Of a stretch of DNA of 64,000 nucleotides, positions 9,860-19,555 are shown piece after piece. Source of the stretch: Candidatus Kaiserbacteria bacterium (GTDB lineage Bacteria > Patescibacteriota > Minisyncoccia > Phycocordibacterales > UBA2100). Made by a program: the position numbers and the translations under genes. The DNA is taken from contig CP066682.1 of NCBI GenBank assembly GCA_016432285.1, forward strand, positions 794,274 to 858,273. The letters run 5' to 3'. The notes under the pieces are model-generated. The model was not told the DNA's origin, did no database searches, and worked only from the letters and a program-made list of their open reading frames with translations. Position 1 is the first letter of the stretch. Every line of letters starts with the position of its first letter.

Positions 9860-11395
9860 TCAGTCGAATTGGTGACGGCCCCAGTTGGTGAGAGTCGTCA
9901 TGCGCTCCTTTTCGGGCCTGCGACCGATCAAACGATCTTCGTATACGATCTCATCATCAGTGCGCGGAAGCGATATTTCTTCAAAGATCGCGCCCGTATC
10001 GTTCCAAAAGCGGTGCTTCACGCCACGCTGAATCGTAACCACGTCGCCCGCGTGGAGGGTTTGGCGGCGGCCGTCAATCTCGAGATCGAGTGTACCGAAA
10101 AGCACGTCGTATGAGATCTCCGATTTGGTGTGATGGTGGAGCGGGTACTCCTGCCCCGGCAGTTGCACGAGAACGCGCTTGCGGTACTCGCGATCGATGC
10201 AATCGATCGCTATCGCCCCGACTTCGCGAAAATCTTTGAGTCCGTAGTGATGTAGAAACTGTAGTTTGAAATCCACCGGGAGTGCCACCTTTGCGACGTT
10301 GAGCATAGCCTTTACCTCGTGGATGGGGTGATAGATGAGATCCCGGTTCGTAGGTTTGAAATCGCGAGCCGCGCGGGATACGGGATCGTCTTTTTTGTAA
10401 GCTTTTTCCGCAGACACTTTGCTCTCGCGAAAATCACCGCTCGAAAGTTGTCCGAATCGGATCGGGAATGCGAAGTAAATATCGCCACGTTTGATTACGG
10501 CCCCTTTTTTGAGTGCACGCTTTGCAAAGACTCCGCGTTGCTGCATCGCAAGTTCGTTTATTTCCTTGGGGTCGGTCTCCCGCTCGGCGGTACCCTCCAT
10601 AGCACGTGCTTCTTCCCACGCGCGGATCCAAGCGTCGAGTTGTTGAGGCGTAGAAGAGTAGGCGTTCAAGGGTTTGTCTTTCGTCGGGATACCGACATGC
10701 CGCTCAAAGACACGGGCACCCTTCGCATAGGCGATGCCGATCGCCGACGTATTGTTGGGGTCCTCGTGGGTTGAAAATCCTACGCTGACGCCAGGATAGC
10801 TGTTGCGGAAAACCTCGATGTGCTTCAGATTCAGCCTGCTCGCGGGAGTAGGATACACTGAGACACAGTGCATGATCGCGAAGTTCGAATAACGGTGCCC
10901 CAAAAAACTCACCAGCTTGTCCACCTGAGCGAGTGTCATACCGCCCACAGAAACGACGATTGGTTTGCCGAGCGCCACCGCTTTCTCCAAAAGCGGCCAA
11001 TCAGCCGCGGACGCGGATGCGATTTTTACCATGTCAACGTTGAGCTCTTCCAAGAGATCAACAGAGGCTTCGTCGGAAGGCGTTGCCATCGTGATAAATC
11101 CTGCCTTTCGCGCCGCGTCCACGAGTATCTTGAAATCTTTTTTAGAAAGCCGTGTCGAGAGAAAGCGCGCAACGTGCTTGTTGGTGCTCCCCTTTCTTTC
11201 AGCCGGATGCACAAACGTATCGAGGTCTCGGAATTGGAACTTCATTGCAGCGCGCACGCCATGGTCCTTCACGACCTGCGCACACTCTTCGATGATCCGA
11301 AGGCCATGCTTCACCGAACCACCGTGGTTGTTGGCCATCTCGAGAATAAAGAGATTCGTGAAGTCAAATGGCTCTCCACGTGCTGTCAGTTTCAT
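9860..11395 (-). CDS. neuB: N-acetylneuraminate/pseudaminate-synthase-like (NeuB) protein fused to a C-terminal cupin domain
   Basis: N-terminal TIM-barrel NeuB signature (ILEMANNHGGSVKHGLRIIEECAQV...KFQ), SAF/antifreeze-like domain, then about 150 extra residues with cupin motifs (PLHHHTKSEISYDVLFG ... GDVVTIQRGVKHRFWN). Confidence 0.8.
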   Translation of the reverse strand: MKLTARGEPFDFTNLFILEMANNHGGSVKHGLRIIEECAQVVKDHGVRAAMKFQFRDLDTFVHPAERKGSTNKHVARFLSTRLSKKDFKILVDAARKAGFITMATPSDEASVDLLEELNVDMVKIASASAADWPLLEKAVALGKPIVVSVGGMTLAQVDKLVSFLGHRYSNFAIMHCVSVYPTPASRLNLKHIEVFRNSYPGVSVGFSTHEDPNNTSAIGIAYAKGARVFERHVGIPTKDKPLNAYSSTPQQLDAWIRAWEEARAMEGTAERETDPKEINELAMQQRGVFAKRALKKGAVIKRGDIYFAFPIRFGQLSSGDFRESKVSAEKAYKKDDPVSRAARDFKPTNRDLIYHPIHEVKAMLNVAKVALPVDFKLQFLHHYGLKDFREVGAIAIDCIDREYRKRVLVQLPGQEYPLHHHTKSEISYDVLFGTLDLEIDGRRQTLHAGDVVTIQRGVKHRFWNDTGAIFEEISLPRTDDEIVYEDRLIGRRPEKERMTTLTNWGRHQFD

Positions 11396-11426
11396 GGCGG
11401 CACTATGTCCGACAAAATCCTATAAA

Positions 11427-12155
11427 TCAAGCTCCTTTGCGCAAGCGCCTCGCGAGTAACGTCGCCGCATATTCGAGATCAGCTGGACTATCGATATTCA
11501 CGTAACTCGACGGATCAGCGTGAAAGAAGGCGAGCCTTTTCCCCGATGTCGATTTCTGGACAAGAATAGTCGCTGGCCGAAGAACATCCATAGCACCGGT
11601 GTGAATGTGGGCCTTGGGAAAAAGCTGACGTGGCAGGTCGTGCGGTGTCTCATAACCCGTCACGGACGCTGGAAAGAGCGGCTCAAGATACGGGCTATCC
11701 TCAGAAAGTTTCAGTGCCTTATACGGGTGCTTCGGGGATTCGATGATAGGTCGAACAGCGTCAGCTTCGGGATGAGCCAGAAGCACTTCGATGCCACGAT
11801 CAATGTCTGCCGATGTCGTGAGCGGCGTGGTGGCTCGCAGATTCAGGACGACCTCGGGCTCATATCCCTCCTCTGCCTTCAGTGTCTCTAACGCGTGAGT
11901 GAGATATTCAACGTCCGTCGAAAGATCCTGCGCAAGTTCCACTGGTCGCAGGAAGGGCACCTCCGCTCCCCACTCTTTTGCGATCTGTGCGATCTCCTCG
12001 TCGTCAGTCGATACGATCGTACGCGTCACATGCTTCGATTTCTTCGCGGCCTCGATCACCCATGCAATGAGGGGACGCCCGCTGAGAACCTGAATGTTTT
12101 TGCGCGGCACGCCCTTCGAACCGCCGCGCGCGGGGATGATCGCCAGGATTTCCAT
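11427..12155 (-). CDS. neuA: Acylneuraminate cytidylyltransferase (CMP-nonulosonic acid synthetase, NeuA-like); start at MEILAIIPARGGSKG
   Basis: CTP_transf_3 signature IIPARGGSKGVPRKN; the 50 upstream codons in the track ORF are Cys/Trp-rich read-through. Confidence 0.8.
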   Translation of the reverse strand: MEILAIIPARGGSKGVPRKNIQVLSGRPLIAWVIEAAKKSKHVTRTIVSTDDEEIAQIAKEWGAEVPFLRPVELAQDLSTDVEYLTHALETLKAEEGYEPEVVLNLRATTPLTTSADIDRGIEVLLAHPEADAVRPIIESPKHPYKALKLSEDSPYLEPLFPASVTGYETPHDLPRQLFPKAHIHTGAMDVLRPATILVQKSTSGKRLAFFHADPSSYVNIDSPADLEYAATLLARRLRKGA

Positions 12156-12238
12156 ACGGGGATTGTAGCGCCGAGCGGACGATGCAGCCCTTGTCAACCA
12201 CCAATTTCCATTGCAGAACGACGCGTGGAATAACCGCC

Positions 12239-14023
12239 TCACGGGGTGGATGTCTCCCCCGGTGCAGCGGCACCAAGTGAGACATCGTGGACCGCCTCCG
12301 TCCACGATCGGGCCTTCAGGTGATCGGCAAGCTTGATCGAAAGTGCGACGATCGTCATCGTGGGATTGACGACTCCGCTCGTCGGAAAGACGGAGCTGCC
12401 TGCGACATACACGTTATCCACGCCGTGTATCCGGCAGTCGGCATCAACGACCGACGTCTGCGGATCTTTCCCCATGCGCGTCGTACCCATGTGATGCGAA
12501 GCATCCTCATTGATGTTCCACGTGGTATCGGCTTCTAATCCGTTCGTCAGCTCTCCGATCCCAAGGCGCTGAACCTCGTCGCGAAGCACGTGGTGGAGTG
12601 CCTTGAGCGATTCTCGATCTTGCTTTCCCATATCGTGATGCACATGCGGTAGCGGCACACCAAAACAATCGCGCTTTTTCGAGAGTGTAACGCGATTCTC
12701 CGGGTCAGGCGCCATCTCGGCAAAATTGCGCAAGCGTGCCGCGCGTGTGTGTGGTGTCGCGCCCGGTACGAGCCGGTACCACAGATACTGCGCAACAGCG
12801 ATTGGATGCAAGAGAACACGAGCGATACAGACGACATACATCCATGGGCCCGTCGTAAGATGCAGCGAGTCATCGGTTTCGCCTGTCTCCGCGTAGTCGC
12901 GCAAAGACGCAACGCGACGTGAAAGTAACGCCGTGCTCCACTGCAAGACACGGCTGCTTGATCGGATAAGAGCAATGAGTGACTGTACGCCGATGTTGTC
13001 CGACCACGGATAGCGCGGCTCAAGACGCGCGTAGGCAGCCACGAGACCATGCTCCTCGCGAAAAGCGGGCGCCAGCTCCATGCCCGCATACCCCGCGAAC
13101 CCTTTGAAGAGGCATCCGAAATAGTACGGTAGTTCGGCAACCGGTTTCTTGAACCAAACGACGCCAGCGTTCCCCTTCGGATGATTCATGAAGTAGCGCC
13201 CGACCTGATCGGACTCGTTGCCGAGCCCTTGCTCGTACATATCGCGCGAATTGAGAAGAATGCGCGGGTTCTCGATGCCGCCCGCTGCGAGAATGAAGAT
13301 TTTTGCACGCACCGATATCGCTCGACCTGATTGCGTATGTGCGGTGCACGAGGCGATATGCCGCGTACCAGGCTCTGCCTGAAGTGAAGCCGCGGAAAGA
13401 CCGGTATACAGATCGGCTCTTTCCTGTTCAAAAAGGTGGCGAAACCGCTCTCCAAACCGTTGCGGACGGTTTTTGGCGAGGAAAACTTTCTCTTGTATTT
13501 TTTCCCACCGCGGCGACAGCGTGCTTTTCTCGCGCAGCCGTCGGAATCCCCCCTCTCCGAACGCCTCGGGTGAGGGAAAGTCGTACGCCGAGGTTCGGGC
13601 GTAGAGGCCACGGAGAGTTTCGTACGATATCGGCCAACCCGAATAAGGGATCCACGAGCGCGCGGCCAGATCTTCCTCTCCAAGATAGCTGGAGAGACCG
13701 GACCATGTCGTGGACGACCCGCCAAGGATGCGCTCTCGGGAGTGCACTTTGATGCGGATGCCCTCAGAGTCAAGCGCGCGGAGCGAGTCGGCCACCGCGC
13801 TTTTGCGCGTAATGCCGCTCTCGAGAACGCAGAGCTTGAGGCCCTTTGGCACCAGCTCGTTGGCGAGAGTCAACCCCGCAGGGCCGGAACCGATGATGCA
13901 TACATCGTAGATCGGGATATTACTTTCGTCCACAGTATCGGCGTCGTACAGCATGGGTTTGTTTACAAACCGGGACGTTGGTTCGGTGCGTCCTCCAGAA
14001 TGCACGCGTATTTCATCATACAC
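12239..14023 (-). CDS. GMC-family FAD-dependent oxidoreductase
   Basis: N-terminal FAD ADP-binding fold DVCIIGSGPAGLTLANEL, C-terminal GMC_oxred_C-like His/Asn active-site region (HHMGTTRMG). Confidence 0.7.
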   Translation of the reverse strand: MYDEIRVHSGGRTEPTSRFVNKPMLYDADTVDESNIPIYDVCIIGSGPAGLTLANELVPKGLKLCVLESGITRKSAVADSLRALDSEGIRIKVHSRERILGGSSTTWSGLSSYLGEEDLAARSWIPYSGWPISYETLRGLYARTSAYDFPSPEAFGEGGFRRLREKSTLSPRWEKIQEKVFLAKNRPQRFGERFRHLFEQERADLYTGLSAASLQAEPGTRHIASCTAHTQSGRAISVRAKIFILAAGGIENPRILLNSRDMYEQGLGNESDQVGRYFMNHPKGNAGVVWFKKPVAELPYYFGCLFKGFAGYAGMELAPAFREEHGLVAAYARLEPRYPWSDNIGVQSLIALIRSSSRVLQWSTALLSRRVASLRDYAETGETDDSLHLTTGPWMYVVCIARVLLHPIAVAQYLWYRLVPGATPHTRAARLRNFAEMAPDPENRVTLSKKRDCFGVPLPHVHHDMGKQDRESLKALHHVLRDEVQRLGIGELTNGLEADTTWNINEDASHHMGTTRMGKDPQTSVVDADCRIHGVDNVYVAGSSVFPTSGVVNPTMTIVALSIKLADHLKARSWTEAVHDVSLGAAAPGETSTP

Positions 14024-14026
14024 GCG

Positions 14027-15400
14027 TCAGCTTTGCATTACTTTCTTGATGACAATAGCCACCCGCTCTCCCGCTTTTCCATCAAGGATGTAGCATTGCT
14101 CTTCTGCAATACGCTTTCGACCACCGGCATGCAGCGACCGATCCTTTAGATACGCGGTGAGTGCATCGAGAAGCTCGTCATACGAACGCACGAGGCTTGT
14201 TCCGCCTGATCTCAAAATCGCATCATAGTGGTCGCGATCGTAGTAGCGGCGTACTGATTTCCAATACGGGAGTTTGTCGGAGCCATCGAATCCAATCAAG
14301 ATGACGGGGGCATCGAACACGGCAGCTTCAAGCGTCATTGTCGATCCGGTATTTAAAGTGACATCGCTCCAGCGCATTGTGCTTGCAAGATGTTGGATGT
14401 CTTTTGAGTCAAATTCGACGGTTCGAAGCTGCGCCTCCTTCGTAGGACCGCCGAAATGGGTGCCCGGTCGCTCGACAATGAGCCCCTTGCGCCCGGCAAG
14501 TTCCTCAGTCTTCGACTCGTAGGTGGGGTGGAGCCTGAGAAGAACCTGCGTGGGACCGAATTGTCCCTCATCAACCCAATCGAGGATTCTCGCCAGAATT
14601 TCTTTGTCATAATCCGTCATCCAATCGCCGGCTGGAGCATACGTAATGAGCTTTTTTGCCGGGTCGGCACCGATCTTTTTGAAGAAGGTTTCGCGATCGT
14701 CGGTGAATGTCGGCTTCAGATATTCGTCGTACTGCGGCAGTCCCGTAACAGTGATCCTCTCTTCGGGGTACCCATACAGTTCGATCGCTTCCTTTTTCAC
14801 GATATTCGTGTGCACAATCATGTGGTCCGGAAAATAGCGTAAGAACGCCTTCGAGGTGAGGTTGTCCCATGATTTCACCATTCCGATAATGGTAGCTCCT
14901 CTCTTTTTTCCAAGCCGCATCAGCGCAATCTCGTCGCGAGCGATCATCGTCGGAGCGAATACGCAATCGGGCTTCCACCGATCGAGCACCTCGTAGACGT
15001 ACGGTTGTACGGGCAGAAACGGATCGATGTACCGCAACATGTGGTGCCAGAGACGGAGGTGGCCGAGATACCGTAGGGTTGTCGCAAAAAAATATTGTGG
15101 GTATTTTCCCTTGTTCCAGTACCAGTCCACCTGACGAATGCGCATAAATCGCGTCGGGATGGAATGCAAGAAGAACTTCTCGGTTATGAATTCGACCCGA
15201 TCGTGCCGCCAGAACGGACCTTTCTCTACAAAAACATCGTGTCCGTTCTCAAACTGCCTCGTGTAAAGATCGACTTTGCCTCCGGGCGGAATGATTACGA
15301 CGCGCGTCTTTCCGTCCTTCGTGAGCTCCTTCACGACGCTCGTGTAGAGCAGGTTGCGCGCGATCATGCCATCAAAAAGTGGGATGAGGATCGTCTTCAT
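14027..15400 (-). CDS. GT-B-fold glycosyl- or glycerophosphotransferase-like protein (TagF/MurG-like C-terminal domain); possible nonulosonate transferase
   Basis: C-terminal block SDVTLNTGSTMTLEAAVFDAPVILIG resembles the nucleotide-sugar-binding domain of GT-B enzymes; family assignment weak. Confidence 0.4.
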   Translation of the reverse strand: MKTILIPLFDGMIARNLLYTSVVKELTKDGKTRVVIIPPGGKVDLYTRQFENGHDVFVEKGPFWRHDRVEFITEKFFLHSIPTRFMRIRQVDWYWNKGKYPQYFFATTLRYLGHLRLWHHMLRYIDPFLPVQPYVYEVLDRWKPDCVFAPTMIARDEIALMRLGKKRGATIIGMVKSWDNLTSKAFLRYFPDHMIVHTNIVKKEAIELYGYPEERITVTGLPQYDEYLKPTFTDDRETFFKKIGADPAKKLITYAPAGDWMTDYDKEILARILDWVDEGQFGPTQVLLRLHPTYESKTEELAGRKGLIVERPGTHFGGPTKEAQLRTVEFDSKDIQHLASTMRWSDVTLNTGSTMTLEAAVFDAPVILIGFDGSDKLPYWKSVRRYYDRDHYDAILRSGGTSLVRSYDELLDALTAYLKDRSLHAGGRKRIAEEQCYILDGKAGERVAIVIKKVMQS

Positions 15401-15466
15401 ACAAAATCGCAATTCGTGCGTACTTTACCATTACCGGACGGCGGGCGCACGATGTATAGTGGCCGC

Positions 15467-17266
15467 ATGTGCGGCATCAATGGCCTGGTAGGTCGCGACG
15501 AGCGAGCCGTTGGCGCGATGAACGAGCGAACGCGGCACCGCGGACCGGACGATACGGGCATCTACTCTTCCGATTTAGCGACGATTGGCAACAACCGACT
15601 CGCGATCATCGATCTCTCGCCCGAGGGGCACCAGCCTATGAGGACCGGCGAGCGGTATTCGATCGTGTTCAACGGCGAGATTTATAACTACCGCGAGCTC
15701 CGGGCCGAACTCTCCGCACTCGGCGTGTCGTGGAAAAGCCACTCCGACACGGAAGTGATCCTCGAAGGTTACGCACAGTGGGGTGCCTCGATCACAAAGA
15801 AGCTGCGCGGCATGTGGGCCTTCGCGATTCTCGACGAAAAAGAGGAGACGCTCTTTCTCGCGCGCGATCCTTTTGGCATCAAACCTCTCTATCTGTACGA
15901 CGACGGTGCCACTCTCGCCTTTTCTTCCGAAATACGCGGCCTTCTCGCGAATCCCAAGGTGAAGGGCGCGGTCAATCCGGAGGCGCTCAAGAGGCTCCTC
16001 ACGCTCGGATTCGCGCTCGCTCCCGAGACAATATTGATGCATACCACGGCGCTGCTGCCGGGCGAGGAGATCGTGATCAATTTGAAATCAAAAAAACAGC
16101 GCTCACATATCAATCAATTTGAAGCTTCTGACGCGCCGACGAGCGACGAAGATCTTGAAGCGGTATTGCTCGATTCGGTGCGGCATCACCTCATCGCCGA
16201 CGTGCCCGTCGGCCTTTTCTTCTCGGGCGGCACTGACTCGACGCTCCTCGCAGTCCTTCTAAAAAATCTTGGGGTGGAATTGACTACCTACCATGTCGCA
16301 ATCGAGCGACGCGGGGACACGGAATACGCGGAAAAAATCGCGAAACACCTCGGCCTGACGCTTCGACAAACGACTCTCGATACAAAGAAGGCGCAGGAAG
16401 AGCTCCAGGCGGCTACACTCGCGCTCGACCACCCGCTCGCTGACACTTCTTTTTTGCCAACGTACCTTGTCTCCCAGTTGGCGAGCAAGGACGTGAAGGT
16501 GGTGCTCTCCGGAGAGGGTGGCGACGAGCTTTTCGGCGGCTACCCGCGGCATCCGGCACTCATGAACATGGCTCTCAAGAGCGGTCTGCGGACAAATCTG
16601 CCGACGGATCGTCTTTTGCGTGCGGCGCCCTCACTCCTTAGCCTCTACGGAAAGATGCAGGGAGCGAAGCGGCTTGCGGGCTCGCTTGCGGGCGATGCGT
16701 ACGGCCGCTACGTCGGCGAGATAGCCTTCGGCTCTCCCCTCCGTTCAATGAGAGATATTGAACACGCGATGCATGAGCGCGTATCGAAATACGCTACGCC
16801 GGATCAGACGCTGGCGCTCGATCGTCTCTTGTACCTCCCCGACGTCAATCTTCTCAAGATCGATACCGCGACCATGGCGCACTCAATCGAAGGCCGCACT
16901 CCGCTTCTCGACCGGGAAGTTTGGAGACGTATCGGATCGCGTCCTCACAGCTGGAAATCAACATCCGCGATTTCAAAGTCGCCCTTGAAGCGCATTCTTT
17001 CGAAGTACCTCCCAGAAGAGCTGGTGCACCGCCCCAAGAGCGGTTTTTCCTCGCCGCCTGGCATGTACTTTGAGAATCCAGAACGACTCGAGGAAGCGAT
17101 TCACTGGTACGGGGACCACTTTGCCGGCCTCATCCCCATACTTGACTCACTGCTGCGACGGTATTCCGGAACACAACGCGGCACACTGGCGAGGGAACTC
17201 AGCTACACACTGATCGTCCTGATGACGATACATCAGTGGCTGGAAGATAAAAACATTTCGCTCTAG
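15467..17266 (+). CDS. Asparagine synthase (glutamine-hydrolysing) family amidotransferase (AsnB/PseA/WbpS-like)
   Basis: Class-II glutaminase N-terminus MCGINGLVG (Cys2 nucleophile), synthetase domain SGGTDS PP-loop (LFFSGGTDSTL); the track ORF's 124-codon upstream extension overlaps the divergent gene and is rejected. Confidence 0.85.
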   Translation: MCGINGLVGRDERAVGAMNERTRHRGPDDTGIYSSDLATIGNNRLAIIDLSPEGHQPMRTGERYSIVFNGEIYNYRELRAELSALGVSWKSHSDTEVILEGYAQWGASITKKLRGMWAFAILDEKEETLFLARDPFGIKPLYLYDDGATLAFSSEIRGLLANPKVKGAVNPEALKRLLTLGFALAPETILMHTTALLPGEEIVINLKSKKQRSHINQFEASDAPTSDEDLEAVLLDSVRHHLIADVPVGLFFSGGTDSTLLAVLLKNLGVELTTYHVAIERRGDTEYAEKIAKHLGLTLRQTTLDTKKAQEELQAATLALDHPLADTSFLPTYLVSQLASKDVKVVLSGEGGDELFGGYPRHPALMNMALKSGLRTNLPTDRLLRAAPSLLSLYGKMQGAKRLAGSLAGDAYGRYVGEIAFGSPLRSMRDIEHAMHERVSKYATPDQTLALDRLLYLPDVNLLKIDTATMAHSIEGRTPLLDREVWRRIGSRPHSWKSTSAISKSPLKRILSKYLPEELVHRPKSGFSSPPGMYFENPERLEEAIHWYGDHFAGLIPILDSLLRRYSGTQRGTLARELSYTLIVLMTIHQWLEDKNISL

Positions 17267-17521
17267 CTACGTGAGAATTCCAATAACTGCAACAATCGCA
17301 ATAATAGCCCAGATTGCATTCAGCACTGCGGGTTGATACGTGCGTTTATAGTAAGAAATCGCGAGGATGCCGAACGCTCCGGTGCCATTGAGCAGCTGGT
17401 ACACCAGATCGGAAGGTTGAAGTACTGAAAAACTCACGAGTGCGTATGCGCCAATAATTGCTACAGTTCCGTACCAACCGAAGAGTTCAAGAAACGCCGG
17501 CATGATCGTTCGTTGAGCCAA
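17267..17521 (-). CDS. Small 2-TM membrane protein (DUF2304-like) cotranscribed with the GT2 gene
   Basis: 84 aa, two hydrophobic helices; overlaps 3' end of GT2 gene; typical companion of polyprenol-phosphate glycosyltransferases. Confidence 0.4.
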   Translation of the reverse strand: MAQRTIMPAFLELFGWYGTVAIIGAYALVSFSVLQPSDLVYQLLNGTGAFGILAISYYKRTYQPAVLNAIWAIIAIVAVIGILT

Positions 17522-18206
17522 TAATGGCGCGTATTCGCATCATCGCCATGATAGCACCGAGCCCGTCCCGCGCCATGTTCAGCTTGCTCTCGCGCCCTGG
17601 ATACAGCTGCTCACTCCAGTGAATAGGAACTTCCCTCACGCGAACTCCCGCCAGCTCACAACGCGCGAGAAACTCAAGATCAAAAAACCACCCCGCCTCC
17701 TCGCACCTCGCGAGGAGATCTCTACCCTTTTCGTTCATAAATTTGAGCCCGCACTGCGTATCCGCGATAGAGATACCGAGAACAAGCCGACGAAGCAGAT
17801 TAAACAATCTCGAGGAGAGCGTGCGAAACCATCCTCGTTCGACGGTGCGCAGGTCAAGAAGGCGCGAGCCGACTGCCACATCGCACTCGTCGTTTTGTAT
17901 ACCTGAAAGAAGCGCAGGGATGTCGCGCGGGTCAGCTGAGAGGTCAGCATCGATAAAGCCGAAAAGATCCGCGTCCGAGCGTCGAGCAGCTTCCACGACC
18001 GCCGCACCTTTACCGCGCGTCGGAATCGAGATTACTTCGACGCCCGTAGAGAGAGCGCGCGCAGCGGTCTCATCGGTGGATCCGTTATCGACAACGATAA
18101 TGCGGCTTCGGTGAGGAAAGCTCAAGAGAGCCTCTTTCACTGCTTCGCACGTCTTCGCAATGATTGCTGCCTCATTGTACGCGGGAATGCAGATATCGAC
18201 TCGCAT
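17487..18206 (-). CDS. GT2 polyprenol-phosphate sugar synthase (GtrB/DPM1-like)
   Basis: ICIPAYNE ... VVDNGSTDET ... DADL GT2 motifs (DXD). Confidence 0.8.
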   Translation of the reverse strand: MRVDICIPAYNEAAIIAKTCEAVKEALLSFPHRSRIIVVDNGSTDETAARALSTGVEVISIPTRGKGAAVVEAARRSDADLFGFIDADLSADPRDIPALLSGIQNDECDVAVGSRLLDLRTVERGWFRTLSSRLFNLLRRLVLGISIADTQCGLKFMNEKGRDLLARCEEAGWFFDLEFLARCELAGVRVREVPIHWSEQLYPGRESKLNMARDGLGAIMAMMRIRAIIGSTNDHAGVS

Positions 18207-19551
18207 AGAATGAGCGCACGCGCTGAGACAGCCATACTATCGCAGCCGAAGCGAATATGAAAATCAGCGGCTCGACCGGTATTCGCAATCGCGCATCAAG
18301 CCCGAGCCCGATTGCCGTCGAAGTAAGCGCAAAAAGTCCGATCGCGGCGATAAGCACATACCGCACGGGCGTCCGCACGAGAAAAAAACCAAAAGCCGCG
18401 AGTGCAAATGTTCCGATCGTAAAGAATCTGCCCCACAGCGGAATAAACGCTTGCCGCGCAAGTTCCCCCGTAATCGCCGGTAAAGCACCAAGCCCGTTGC
18501 GCAGAATTTCGTACGTCGGTGAAATGTGCGGTGCGCCGCTATCTGTGAGGTAGCCGAGATACCGGAATTCGTAGTAGTAGCCATCGTTGAAGAAAAAAGT
18601 AGTGAGGAGTGCCGCTTCCAGCTTCAGTACCGTAAACTTGTGTTCCCACATTTCTTTGAGCGCGGCATCACGCAAAATATTCGCATTCTTGGGATCGTTC
18701 ACTCCCGCGCGGGTAATCCCGAAGCGCGGCAAAGCTTCCTGCTTCAGTTTCTCCTTTTCTTCATAGTAGGGAGTGTCGTTCTCTAGTGAGCGAACGCTCG
18801 AGACGTAATCGGTGTACACGTTGCGCCATCCCTGCCCTGAAAGCGCGAACGCTCCTGAGACAGCGTAGTTTCGGACATGCCAAGGTATGAGAGACGCGAC
18901 AAACACGAGAAGTATGGCGCTCGTGAGTAAAAATCGGTCGCGCCGATAGATCTGGAAAGCAATCGTACCGAACGCAAGTACCGCGAAAATCGGAAAAAGA
19001 CCAGGTCGGATAAAGGCAGCGTAAGCTAAGAGCGCTCCGGCAAACACGGCATAGAGGTACGAAAGCCGCTCATGGGCGACGATTGTCGCTGCAAGACCCG
19101 CGAGAGAGAAGATCATGAATGGCACTTCGGTTTGCGGCAAAAAACTGTACATGACCGCATGAGGCTCGAATGCCAGCAGAGTCGCGGCGATCATTCCCGC
19201 GCTCTCTCCCGCCACGCGCCTTCCCAACGCATACGTAAGCATGGGAAGCAGCGCGCCTGCCAGAATCGACATGAAGAAACCGTACGCGAGGACGCCGCTT
19301 GGCAGAAATGTGAAGGGCGCGATAAGCAGCGGAAGTCCAGGTGTCCGGAACACTTCCGTTGTCGGGACGCCTTGTATCGAGGCAACAAATCCATTGCCAT
19401 GCGAGAGATTAGTCGCTAGTTCGACGTATCCGATCGCGTCCCCGCGGACGAAACCCTCTATCCCGACAGTGTCAATCGCGAACCAGAAAGCGCCGAGACG
19501 GACGATAATCGCAACCGCGATGAGAACGACGAGCGATCGTGGCACCCGCAT
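18172..19551 (-). CDS. GT-C-fold membrane glycosyltransferase (GT39/GT83, PMT/ArnT-like)
   Basis: Multi-TM protein with first-loop acidic motif VRGDAIGYVELA characteristic of PMT_2/ArnT enzymes; start set at MRVPRSLVVL leaving a 4-nt gap to upstream gene. Confidence 0.6.
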   Translation of the reverse strand: MRVPRSLVVLIAVAIIVRLGAFWFAIDTVGIEGFVRGDAIGYVELATNLSHGNGFVASIQGVPTTEVFRTPGLPLLIAPFTFLPSGVLAYGFFMSILAGALLPMLTYALGRRVAGESAGMIAATLLAFEPHAVMYSFLPQTEVPFMIFSLAGLAATIVAHERLSYLYAVFAGALLAYAAFIRPGLFPIFAVLAFGTIAFQIYRRDRFLLTSAILLVFVASLIPWHVRNYAVSGAFALSGQGWRNVYTDYVSSVRSLENDTPYYEEKEKLKQEALPRFGITRAGVNDPKNANILRDAALKEMWEHKFTVLKLEAALLTTFFFNDGYYYEFRYLGYLTDSGAPHISPTYEILRNGLGALPAITGELARQAFIPLWGRFFTIGTFALAAFGFFLVRTPVRYVLIAAIGLFALTSTAIGLGLDARLRIPVEPLIFIFASAAIVWLSQRVRSFYASRYLHSRVQ

Positions 19552-19555
19552 AGGA

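Noticed and set aside
11427-12305. 292-aa version of the NeuA-like gene, and similar N-terminal extensions on track ORFs 15095-17266, 23500-24858, 41740-43416, 48970-49779 and 53245-53880
   Set aside because: Conserved family N-termini (IIPARGGSKG, MCGI, MRLRYIANV, MRILIFSLAYEPYVGG, MAGKLSVVATPIGN, MYKRYGF signal) begin at internal Mets. Upstream extensions overlap neighbouring genes or riboswitch RNA.
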